A DNA stretch of 64,000 nucleotides from Candidatus Saccharicenans sp. (lineage in GTDB: Bacteria > Acidobacteriota > Aminicenantia > Aminicenantales > Saccharicenantaceae): contig JASEFX010000008.1 in the NCBI GenBank assembly GCA_030018265.1, positions 13,346 through 77,345 on the forward strand. The letters run 5' to 3'. Shown piece by piece: positions 10,365 to 18,392 of the stretch. The translations under genes and the position numbers were made by a program. Each line of letters starts with the position of its first letter. Position 1 is the first letter of the stretch. The notes under the pieces were generated by a model. The model had not been told where the DNA came from, searched no databases, and saw only the letters and a list, made by a program, of their open reading frames with translations.

Positions 10365-10813
10365 AGGTCGTAGCCACAAACAAAAACGCCTACCACAATT
10401 ATGAAATCCTCGAAACGTTCGAAGCCGGCATTGCCCTCACCGGCAGCGAAGTTAAATCTATTCGCGAGGGCCGTATCAGTCTGAAAGAAAGTTACGCCGA
10501 TTTTAAGGGAGACGAACTTTACCTCATAGACTGCAACATCAGCCCTTACCATGGAGCGAGTTATTTCAACCATCAACCCACACGCGAACGCAAGCTGCTC
10601 CTTCACCGCAGGGAGCTCAAAAGGCTGGCCGGCAAGGTGCAGGAACGTGGTCTCACCTTGATCCCGACGAAAGTTTACCTGAATGATCGGGGACTGGTGA
10701 AAGTTGAACTGGCTCTCTCCCGGGGCAAAAAAACGTATGAAAAAAGAGAAGCCATCAAAAAGAGGGATGTGGAGAGAGAAATCCGGGCGGAAATCAAAAA
10801 GCGTCTCGGCTGA
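10361..10813 (+). CDS. smpB: SsrA-binding protein SmpB
   Basis: 150 aa. NKNAYHNYEILETFEAGIALTGSEVKSIR is typical of SmpB. No tmRNA gene was seen nearby. Confidence 0.95.
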   Translation: MKVVATNKNAYHNYEILETFEAGIALTGSEVKSIREGRISLKESYADFKGDELYLIDCNISPYHGASYFNHQPTRERKLLLHRRELKRLAGKVQERGLTLIPTKVYLNDRGLVKVELALSRGKKTYEKREAIKKRDVEREIRAEIKKRLG

Positions 10814-11785
10814 TCATGCCCGCCTGCCCCTAATCAGCTCCCGGGCGAGTTTTATGGCTTCCCTGAAACTTTCGGCGCTGGCCAGCCCTTTTCCGGCTAT
10901 ATCAAAAGCCGTCCCGTGGTCGGGCGAGGTTCTGATAAAAGGCAGTCCCAGAGTCAGGTTAACTCCGCGCTCGAAAGAAAGCAGTTTGAAAGCGATCAGC
11001 GCCTGATCGTGATAAAGGCAGGCCACCATCTTATCGAGGCGGTCAACAGCTCTCAGAAAAATTGTATCCGGAGGAAAGGGGCCGGATATTCTGATGCCTT
11101 CCGCCCTGGCCCTGGCAATAGCCGGAATGATTTCCGTTAATTCTTCCGTTCCCAGCGTTCCATCCTCGCCGGCATGGGGGTTAAGTCCGCACATCAGTAT
11201 CTCCTCGATTCCAAGGTTCCAGCGACGCGCCGCCCGATGAAGATTCCGGAAAAATTCCAGAAGGTCATCCTGTCTGACCCGGTCAACAGCCGCCTTAAGC
11301 GGGAGATGGTGGGTGAACAGAGCCGCTTTCAAGCGGTCAGACCAGAAACTCATGATGGCTCCCGGGAAGATCTCTTCCAGGTATTCAGTATGACCCCGGT
11401 ACTTTATTCCGGCCAGGTGCCAGGAAGCTTTCGAGACCGGAGCTGTCACCACCGCCTGAATCTCTCCGGCCAGAGCCGATTCTACCGCCCGGCCAAAAAA
11501 TTCAAAAGAAGCCCTTCCGCCGGCAGCCGCTGGCTTTCCTGGAATTACTTCTTCCAGCGGTTCGCCGGTCTCCCTCAACTCCACTTTTCCTGAGGAAAAC
11601 AGGGCGGACAGGAAATCAGGTTCCAGGCAAAGATGTTCGCACCAGATCTGGAAAATTCGCCGCTGTCCGAAAACCACAAATTTAGTTTCCGGGAAAAGAT
11701 GGATTTCTCTAAAAATTTTAAGGATTATTTCCGGCCCCACTCCCGCAGGATCACCCGCGGTCAGCCCGATAATCGGCGAGCTCAT
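10814..11785 (-). CDS. pdxA: 4-hydroxythreonine-4-phosphate dehydrogenase PdxA
   Basis: 323 aa. Motifs GDPAGVGPEI, GHTEYL, NPHAGE and SPDHGTAFDIAG. Confidence 0.9.
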   Translation of the reverse strand: MSSPIIGLTAGDPAGVGPEIILKIFREIHLFPETKFVVFGQRRIFQIWCEHLCLEPDFLSALFSSGKVELRETGEPLEEVIPGKPAAAGGRASFEFFGRAVESALAGEIQAVVTAPVSKASWHLAGIKYRGHTEYLEEIFPGAIMSFWSDRLKAALFTHHLPLKAAVDRVRQDDLLEFFRNLHRAARRWNLGIEEILMCGLNPHAGEDGTLGTEELTEIIPAIARARAEGIRISGPFPPDTIFLRAVDRLDKMVACLYHDQALIAFKLLSFERGVNLTLGLPFIRTSPDHGTAFDIAGKGLASAESFREAIKLARELIRGRRA

Positions 11786-12156
11786 TATTTGCTTTTTTTG
11801 TTGCTGTGATGACCTTCTTCTGATTGCCCCTTTACTTCCTGCTCAAGCTTAAAAAGATATTTCACCTGCCTTTTATAAATCAGAAGGTTGGGCGCGCCTT
11901 CCCGATTTAGTTTGAAGCAGTTGCGATCATACCACTCGATGTAACCTTCGAGACGTTCCCCGTCAGCCATGATCACGGCCATCGGAGTCTTTTTGTTCAT
12001 CTGCTTAAGGAAGTAATAATTTTCCGCATGGGTGTCAGTCGGAGGAGGAGATTTCTTCTTGGCGGCCTCCTTTTCCTTGGCTTCTTTGGCTATCTTCTCT
12101 TTCACTTCAGAAAGGTCTGGCCGTATTAATTTTCTCTGCATAGATACCCTCGCCAA
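11785..12156 (-). CDS. Atypical Hfq-like (Sm-fold) RNA-binding protein with a K/E-rich N-terminal extension
   Basis: The 123-aa core FLKQMNKKTPMAVIMADGERLEGYIEWYDRNCFKLNREGAPNLLIYKRQVKYL aligns by eye with the Hfq Sm1/Sm2 region (FLN..R.PV.I.L.NG..L.G.I..FD......YKHAI). Confidence 0.55.
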   Translation of the reverse strand: MARVSMQRKLIRPDLSEVKEKIAKEAKEKEAAKKKSPPPTDTHAENYYFLKQMNKKTPMAVIMADGERLEGYIEWYDRNCFKLNREGAPNLLIYKRQVKYLFKLEQEVKGQSEEGHHSNKKSK

Positions 12157-12242
12157 AAGGAAACTGTTTGGTTAAATGATAACATCCTGAAAATAAAAAA
12201 GCAATAAAAAATTTATTTCGTCAGACGGAAACCAGAATCAAA

Positions 12243-12271
12243 TTGATTTTTATGACTCGTCACCGTAGAAT
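12243..12271 (+). promoter_or_regulatory. Sigma-70-type promoter (TTGATT-N17-TAGAAT) ahead of the metal-efflux operon
   Basis: -35 at 12243-12248 and -10 at 12266-12271, with 11 nt to the ATG at 12283. Confidence 0.45.
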
Positions 12272-12282
12272 GTAAAATCAGG

Positions 12283-12549
12283 ATGAACACTTTTTCGCGC
12301 GGCCGGTTATTCTTTGTTCTCTGGGGTCTATTTCTTTTCGCGCTTACCAATACAATCATCCATGATTTCATCTGCCATGAAGAGCTGCATCAGCTGGCCA
12401 ATCCTGTTCATCATTCCTTCAGCTGCCCGGAGAACTTCGACCAGGAGATGATCTCTACGATTAAACCGAGCGCGGAAAAGTTGAGCCTGCTGGCGGAGTG
12501 TTCTCTGCCTTTTGAATTCGCCCCATCGATCTTTCACCCTCCTGATTAA
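12283..12549 (+). CDS. Small His/Cys-containing membrane-anchored or secreted protein upstream of the HME-RND operon
   Basis: 88 aa with an N-terminal hydrophobic segment (LFFVLWGLFLFALT). Several His and Cys residues (HDFICHEELH, HHSFSCP). Its position resembles that of small czc/cus accessory proteins. Confidence 0.5.
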   Translation: MNTFSRGRLFFVLWGLFLFALTNTIIHDFICHEELHQLANPVHHSFSCPENFDQEMISTIKPSAEKLSLLAECSLPFEFAPSIFHPPD

Positions 12550-12595
12550 AAACCGCCTGAATTTCTCAGAATCTTATTGAGTTCAGGAGGGTAAA

Positions 12596-13825
12596 ATGCT
12601 TTCTATTTTTCTTTGCCTGTTATTAATTCTGCTGCCACTGTCAGCAGAAACAGATAAACCTGAAATATCTATTTCTGTCGAACAGGCGGTGGCCATCGCG
12701 CTGAAGCAAAATCCGGAAATTAAAGCTTTGGAGAAAGACCTGGAGATTGCACGGAGCCAGACCGCTATCAACTCGGCCCTTCCAGACACCGAATTAGGAT
12801 TGGAAATCGCCGCACTGAAATTTCCCGGTCATCCGGCAGTCGAACAGGAAACCAGCTTCGGGCTGTTGCAGAACATTCCTTTCCCCGGGAAAATCAAACT
12901 CCGGAAGCGGGAGGGCCTTCTCGGAGAAAACGAGGCCGCTCTGCGTCTGGAAAAAGCTTCGATCCTTCTATCAGCCAGGGTTAAAAAGACCTACTACCGG
13001 GCACTCTTTCAACAGAAGACGGGGGAAATCCTGTTGAAAAATCTGGAGTTTCTCGAAGAAATTCAGAAAAACGCCATTTCAAAATACCCTCTTCAGACCG
13101 CCGGTTACCGGGACCTGATCAGGTTAAAGCTGGAAATGGCCAGAACGAAAAACGACCTGATCCAGGCGCAAAAAGAGCTGGCGGTGTGTTTGCAGGAACT
13201 CGTCGTTCTGCTCGGACTGGAACAGCCGGTAAAGCCTGTGCTGACCTCCCGCCTGGAATTCAACCCGGAAGGGTTCAGACTTGAAGAATTCACCGCAAGC
13301 AAAAAACAGCTCAGCCCGACGCTCCGGCTGGCAAAACTTGCCCGGGAAAAAGCAGAACTCAACGTGAAGCAGGCCGGTCTGAACAGGCTGCCGGACTTCT
13401 CTTTCGGGCTGTTTTCACCCAGCAAAAAACCGGGAGCTACCGGCTTCAGCTTCGGCCTGAGCTATCCTCTTTTTGCCGGGAAAAGAATCTCCGGCGAAAG
13501 AACCCTGGCTGAGGCCGAACGTCAGAAAGCTGGAGACTGGCTGCGAGCGGTCGAAAAATTTTATGAAAGCCGGGTAAACCAGGTGACGGCCGAAATCGGC
13601 CAGTGCCTCGAGCAGATGAAAATTTTTGAGGAAAACCTTCTGAAGGAGATTGCCGCCGAGCTGGAGAAAGCGCTGGAAGATTATCGCCTCGGACGGCTTG
13701 ATTATCTTAATCTCCTTGACCTGTTCAGAAATTCAAGCCTCATCCAGCTCGAGTATTACCGGACAGTCTATCTTTTTTACGATTCGCTGGCCGGACTGGA
13801 AGCGGCCGGAGAGGATCTCGAATGA
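12596..13825 (+). CDS. TolC-family outer-membrane efflux protein (CzcC-like)
   Basis: 409 aa with a signal peptide and two OEP-type coiled repeats. Strong SD (AGGAGGG). ATGA overlap with the adaptor gene. Confidence 0.85.
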   Translation: MLSIFLCLLLILLPLSAETDKPEISISVEQAVAIALKQNPEIKALEKDLEIARSQTAINSALPDTELGLEIAALKFPGHPAVEQETSFGLLQNIPFPGKIKLRKREGLLGENEAALRLEKASILLSARVKKTYYRALFQQKTGEILLKNLEFLEEIQKNAISKYPLQTAGYRDLIRLKLEMARTKNDLIQAQKELAVCLQELVVLLGLEQPVKPVLTSRLEFNPEGFRLEEFTASKKQLSPTLRLAKLAREKAELNVKQAGLNRLPDFSFGLFSPSKKPGATGFSFGLSYPLFAGKRISGERTLAEAERQKAGDWLRAVEKFYESRVNQVTAEIGQCLEQMKIFEENLLKEIAAELEKALEDYRLGRLDYLNLLDLFRNSSLIQLEYYRTVYLFYDSLAGLEAAGEDLE

Positions 13826-13851
13826 AAACAGCTCATCCCGGAGGTGAAAAC

Positions 13852-14988
13852 ATGCGTAATAAAAAAATTTCTTCAATAAAAACGGCACTTGTTCTTATGG
13901 CCTCAGCGTTCATTTTTCTTTACGGATGCGGCCGGAAGAATACGGCAGAAACTTCCTCCAGATTGTCCGAAGAAGAACATCAGCATGAACACATCACTCT
14001 AACCGCTGAGGCAATCGAACTCGCCGGAATAAAGCTGGCCAGGCTCACACCGCAGGAGATTCAAACCGAAATTGAAGTTCCGGCCGAAGTGGTTCTTAAT
14101 CCGCGCTCTTTCTATCGTCTGACCACCAGAGTCCCCGGCCGGGTCGAAGAACTTCTGGCATATGAAGGAGACCGGGTGAAAAGGGGAGAGGTGGTGGCGC
14201 GATTGTTCAGTTTTAATTACCTTGAAAGCCTGGGTGAGTTGCGCCTGTCCCTGGAAAGACTCAAAAGGGCGGAGAGCCTGAATTCGCCGGAAAAAGAAAC
14301 AGCCGAACACATCTACAAATCAGCCAGGGAAAAGCTCCGGCTGCTCGGCCTGACCGAAGAAAAAATAGACCAAATCCAGAAATCAGAAGCCTGGAGCAGT
14401 CTCTACGAATTGACCAGCCCGGCTGATGGTCTGTTAATCAACAGATATGTATTTCCGGGAGATCAGGTTGATACCGGCGCCGTTCTACTCGAGATAGCCT
14501 CTTTCGACCGGGTCTGGGTTGAAGGAAGGGTGCCAGAAAGAGACCTCGGATGGTTGAAACCTGGTATGGAAGCCGCTGTCAGGAGTAATTTTTATCCAGG
14601 TGAAGAAATAGTCGGAAAGGTGACTTTCATCGATCCGGCGCTTGACTCTTCCACCAGAACCGTCCGGGTGAGAGTGGAGGCGGCCAACTTCCGTGAACGG
14701 TTGAAACCGGGAATGTACGTTGAGCTGGCCTTGAGGCTGGAGAAGAAAATTATCCTGGCGGTGCCGGAAGAAGCCGTGGTGGAAATAGAAGGTCAGAAGA
14801 CGATTTTTCTTCCGGAAGGTTCAGGCGTTTTTGTCCCGAGAGCTATCCGCACCGGCCCGGCCGTTAAAGGCTGGCTTCCGGTGATTTCAGGTCTGTCGGA
14901 AGGCGAGGAGTATGTCGCCTCCGGAGCGTTTATGCTGAAGGCCGAACTTCTCAAGCACACTCTTGAAGGAGACCACCACCATGATTGA
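13852..14988 (+). CDS. RND efflux periplasmic adaptor (CzcB/CusB-like), probable lipoprotein
   Basis: The ORF opens at 13822, but the ATG at 13852 follows GGAGGTGA and yields MRNKK...FIFLYGC (lipobox-like). HlyD-type barrel-sandwich region. His-rich stretches EEEHQHEH and a C-terminal GDHHHD. Confidence 0.85.
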   Translation: MRNKKISSIKTALVLMASAFIFLYGCGRKNTAETSSRLSEEEHQHEHITLTAEAIELAGIKLARLTPQEIQTEIEVPAEVVLNPRSFYRLTTRVPGRVEELLAYEGDRVKRGEVVARLFSFNYLESLGELRLSLERLKRAESLNSPEKETAEHIYKSAREKLRLLGLTEEKIDQIQKSEAWSSLYELTSPADGLLINRYVFPGDQVDTGAVLLEIASFDRVWVEGRVPERDLGWLKPGMEAAVRSNFYPGEEIVGKVTFIDPALDSSTRTVRVRVEAANFRERLKPGMYVELALRLEKKIILAVPEEAVVEIEGQKTIFLPEGSGVFVPRAIRTGPAVKGWLPVISGLSEGEEYVASGAFMLKAELLKHTLEGDHHHD

Positions 14989-17900
14989 GCGAATTGTCAG
15001 GTTCTCGCTTCAGGAAAGATTCCTGGTGTTTTTCTTGATCCTTCTGATTCTTGGCCTCGGCGTTTATTCCTTCGTTAAACTCCCGATAGATGCCTTCCCG
15101 GACGTCACCGGCATTCAGGTGGAAATACTTTCTTATCTTCCGGGGCATTCACCTTTTGAGATGGAAAAATTCGTAACTTATCCGCTGGAGATCAGCCTGC
15201 GAGGGCTTCCGGGCTTGACCCAGATGCGTTCGGTATCCCGGGCCGGGCTTTCTGTCATCACCGCGGTATTTGACGACCGAACTGACATCTATTTCGCCAG
15301 GCAGCAGGTGTTCGAACGAATGGCTGAAGCCAGGGACAGGTTGCCGGAAGGCGCTCAAGTGTATCTTGGTCCGGTGGCCACGGCCATGGGGGAAATCTAT
15401 CAATACACGATTGAAGGAAACGCACCTCCGGCTGATGGCGACTGGAAAACTTATTTAACCGAGCTGAGAACGCTTCAGGACTGGGTAATAGCTCCGATGC
15501 TCAAGAGCGTTCCAGGAGTCATCGATGTAAATTCTTTCGGTGGTTACCTCAAACAGCTGGTGATCACTGTCGACCCGTCCAGACTCCTGAGGTACGACCT
15601 CACTCTTTCGCAGGTGATCGAAGCGGTGAGAAACAACAACCTGAACATCGGAGGCAGCATTGTGGAAAAAGGTCAGCAGCAGCTCATCGTCAGGGGAATC
15701 GGTCTCTTCAGCCACCTTGATGACATTAAAAATACCGTGGTGAAGACAGCGAACGGAACCCCGGTGCTTCTGAGAGATGTGGCCGAGGTCGAATCCGGCC
15801 AGGCGATTCGCCAGGGAGCGGCTTTAATCAACGGGCAGAAGGAGGCGGTGGGCGGAATAGTCCTGATGCTCAGGGGAGAAAACAGCCGCCTGGTGACCCG
15901 CAGGGTGGAGAAGAAGGTGGAGGAAATCAACTCCAGCGGACTCCTTCCCGCCGGGCTGAAGATTGTTCCATTTTATAAAAGAACCGACATCGTGGAAAAA
16001 AGCGTGCGCACGATTGAGGAAGCCCTGCTGACCGGAGCGATCCTGGTAATTCTGGTGGTGTTTATCTTCCTCCGCAGCTTCCGCGGCTCCCTCGTTATCA
16101 TAATGTCGCTGCCGCTGACGGTACTTCTGACCTTCATCGTCATGAAGCAAACCGGCCTGACCGCCAACCTGATGTCGCTCGGAGGGCTGGCCATTTCCAT
16201 CGGGATGATCATCGATGCAGCCATAATTCAGGTGGAAAACATTCAGAGACATCTGGCAGAAGCCGGCAAAAAAGATAAGGATACATTTCTGCGGGCTGTG
16301 CTTGAGGTCAGGAAGCCGAGCATTTTTGGAGAGTTGATCATTGCGCTGACCTTCATACCGCTGCTGAGTCTTCAGGGACTTGAAGGCAAGATGTTTTCTC
16401 CGCTGGCTATTACCCTGTCGATCGCCATTGTGTGTTCGCTGCTCATATCTCTTTTCATTATTCCTGGTCTCTCTTATCTCGTATTAAAGGCATACGCGGC
16501 CCGCAACCAGCACTTTACAGGCACCTTACAAAAAGGTTATGCCGCCGGACTCAGGTGGTCTCTCCGGAATGGCCGGGTGATTGCCGGGTTGATGATGGTG
16601 CTTTTAGCCGGAAGCCTTCTGATTTTTCCCCGTCTCGGTAGAGAATTTATACCGATCATGGATGAGGGCGCTTTCGACATGGATATCCAGATGCTGCCGG
16701 GAATTTCGCTGACCCAGGCGCTTAACATCACGATGGAAGTGGAAAAAAGGTTGAAGAAATTCCCGGAACTGGAAACAATTGTATCCAGAACAGGACAGAC
16801 AGGTATAGCGCTCGAAGCCAGGGGAGTGGAAAAAACAGGGTTCATCGGTTCTCTCCGCCCGAGGCGAGAATGGACCTCGGCCAGAAGCCGCGAGGAACTC
16901 TTCGAGAGGATGCGTCAGGCAATAGAGGATATACCGGGCATATCCTTCTCTTTCAGCCAGCCGATTGCCTGCCGTATTGACGAGCTGGTGGCCGGCACCA
17001 GAGCCCAGCTGATCATCAAGCTTTTCGGGGAAGACCTGGAAGTTCTGCAGTCGAAAGCAGCCCGGATTGCTTCCATACTTCAAGAAATTCGGGGAACATC
17101 AGACCTGATGGTGGAGAAAATATCTGGACAGCCTTACCTGGCAATTGAAATCGACCGTCAGGCTCTTAAAAGACACGGCCTTCAGGCCGCCGATGTGCTC
17201 GGACAGGTTGAGGCTTTTTCCAGCGGAAAGGCTATAAGCCAGATTTATGAAGGCGACCGCATTTTTGACCTGGTGATAAGATATCCTGAAAACCTGCGCC
17301 GGTCGGCAGAACAGCTCCGTGCTCTTCTCATCGATACTCCCGCCCGATACAGACTTCCGCTCGGGCAGCTCGCCCGTATCCGGGAAATAGAGGGACCTTC
17401 GCAGATCAGCCGGGAAGGCGGATTCAGAAGAATCGGAATCGAGGTCAACATCAGCGGAAGAGATCTCGGCAGCTATGTGGCTGAAGCCAGGGAAGAGATT
17501 AATCGCAGGGTAACTCTGCCGCCGGGATACAGAATCGAATGGGGCGGGCAGTTTGAAAACCAGCAACGAGCGATGCGCCGGCTGGCGATAATCGTGCCGG
17601 TGGTTCTGCTGCTGATTTTTTTCCTTCTCTTTTCCACCTTCAATTCGGTCAGCCTGGCGTTGCTTGTTCTGCTGACACTTCCGTTCGCTCTGATTGGCGG
17701 GATTTGCTCGCTGTGGCTCTCCGGGCTCTATCTCTCAGTCCCGGCCTCAGTTGGCTTTATCGCCCTGCTGGGAATAGCCGTTCTGAACGGTGTGGTCATG
17801 GTGAGTTATTTCCAGCAGCTTACAGAAAACGGCTGCTTTACTCTGGATGAAGCCATCGTCCGTGCAGCCAGCCTCAGGTTAAGGCCGGTGTTAATGACGG

Positions 17901-18094
17901 CCACCACCACCCTTCTGGGTCTGCTGCCGTTGATGTTTGCCACCGGACCCGGCTCTGAAGTGCAGCGTCCGCTGGCTACAGTGGTGATCGGAGGACTCAC
18001 TTCCTCGACGCTGCTGACGCTGTTCCTGCTGCCTGTTTTTTACCGCTGGATCTGCCGCATAAAAAGCAAAAAAGAGAACCTTGAAGATGGCTGA
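14981..18094 (+). CDS. Heavy-metal efflux RND permease (CzcA/CusA family)
   Basis: About 1037 aa, 12-TM ACR_tran architecture. The TM4 motif GGLAISIGMIIDAAIIQVENI resembles the HME family. The ORF opens at 14963, and the start MIERIVRFS at 14981 fits family N-termini. Confidence 0.9.
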   Translation: MIERIVRFSLQERFLVFFLILLILGLGVYSFVKLPIDAFPDVTGIQVEILSYLPGHSPFEMEKFVTYPLEISLRGLPGLTQMRSVSRAGLSVITAVFDDRTDIYFARQQVFERMAEARDRLPEGAQVYLGPVATAMGEIYQYTIEGNAPPADGDWKTYLTELRTLQDWVIAPMLKSVPGVIDVNSFGGYLKQLVITVDPSRLLRYDLTLSQVIEAVRNNNLNIGGSIVEKGQQQLIVRGIGLFSHLDDIKNTVVKTANGTPVLLRDVAEVESGQAIRQGAALINGQKEAVGGIVLMLRGENSRLVTRRVEKKVEEINSSGLLPAGLKIVPFYKRTDIVEKSVRTIEEALLTGAILVILVVFIFLRSFRGSLVIIMSLPLTVLLTFIVMKQTGLTANLMSLGGLAISIGMIIDAAIIQVENIQRHLAEAGKKDKDTFLRAVLEVRKPSIFGELIIALTFIPLLSLQGLEGKMFSPLAITLSIAIVCSLLISLFIIPGLSYLVLKAYAARNQHFTGTLQKGYAAGLRWSLRNGRVIAGLMMVLLAGSLLIFPRLGREFIPIMDEGAFDMDIQMLPGISLTQALNITMEVEKRLKKFPELETIVSRTGQTGIALEARGVEKTGFIGSLRPRREWTSARSREELFERMRQAIEDIPGISFSFSQPIACRIDELVAGTRAQLIIKLFGEDLEVLQSKAARIASILQEIRGTSDLMVEKISGQPYLAIEIDRQALKRHGLQAADVLGQVEAFSSGKAISQIYEGDRIFDLVIRYPENLRRSAEQLRALLIDTPARYRLPLGQLARIREIEGPSQISREGGFRRIGIEVNISGRDLGSYVAEAREEINRRVTLPPGYRIEWGGQFENQQRAMRRLAIIVPVVLLLIFFLLFSTFNSVSLALLVLLTLPFALIGGICSLWLSGLYLSVPASVGFIALLGIAVLNGVVMVSYFQQLTENGCFTLDEAIVRAASLRLRPVLMTATTTLLGLLPLMFATGPGSEVQRPLATVVIGGLTSSTLLTLFLLPVFYRWICRIKSKKENLEDG

Positions 18095-18392
18095 ATCCGG
18101 GATGAACAGTTACGAAGTCGAAACAGAAATTTCTGTAAGAGAATCGAAAAAGCGTTAAAAGCGCAGCTTCCTTGAGCACAGAGAAGTGTGAGAAGCTTTA
18201 AGCAATGCCAGCTCCAGGTCTGTGAGATTCTGTCTGCCGCTGAGCATCATCACGAAAAAATGATAAATTTTGGAAAAGAGTTAAATACCGGTCTGAGAAT
18301 ATGTCCGTAAACAGTTTATGGCTCTCAGCAACGAATCAGAGGTTTCTGGCACAACACACCCTGGAGAAGAATAAGAGGGAAAACGGTGACGA

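Noticed and set aside
9645-10379. 244-aa minus-strand ORF. The same applies to the other long antisense ORFs at 3415-4068, 4725-5393, 5465-6058, 6399-7148, 30017-30660, 32848-33525, 40929-41621, 43217-43921, 61509-62231 and 62591-63292.
   Set aside because: Each lies opposite a gene with clear family motifs and lacks recognisable domains. Long antisense frames are expected from the codon bias of these genes.
14981-18094. Calling the RND pump specifically CusA (Cu/Ag) or CzcA (Zn/Co/Cd).
   Set aside because: The TM4 motif looks Cus-like, but I could not see the Cus methionine cluster at the positions I would align from memory (IDELVAG rather than IDMLSTG). The Czc-type DFG..DGA motif is also absent. 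Specificity is left open.
18123-18136. Perfect 14-nt palindrome ACAGAAATTTCTGT just downstream of the RND pump gene, considered as a terminator or operator.
   Set aside because: It has no loop and no following T-tract, so it is not an intrinsic terminator. A single short AT-rich palindrome with no second copy or adjacent regulator gene is compatible with chance.
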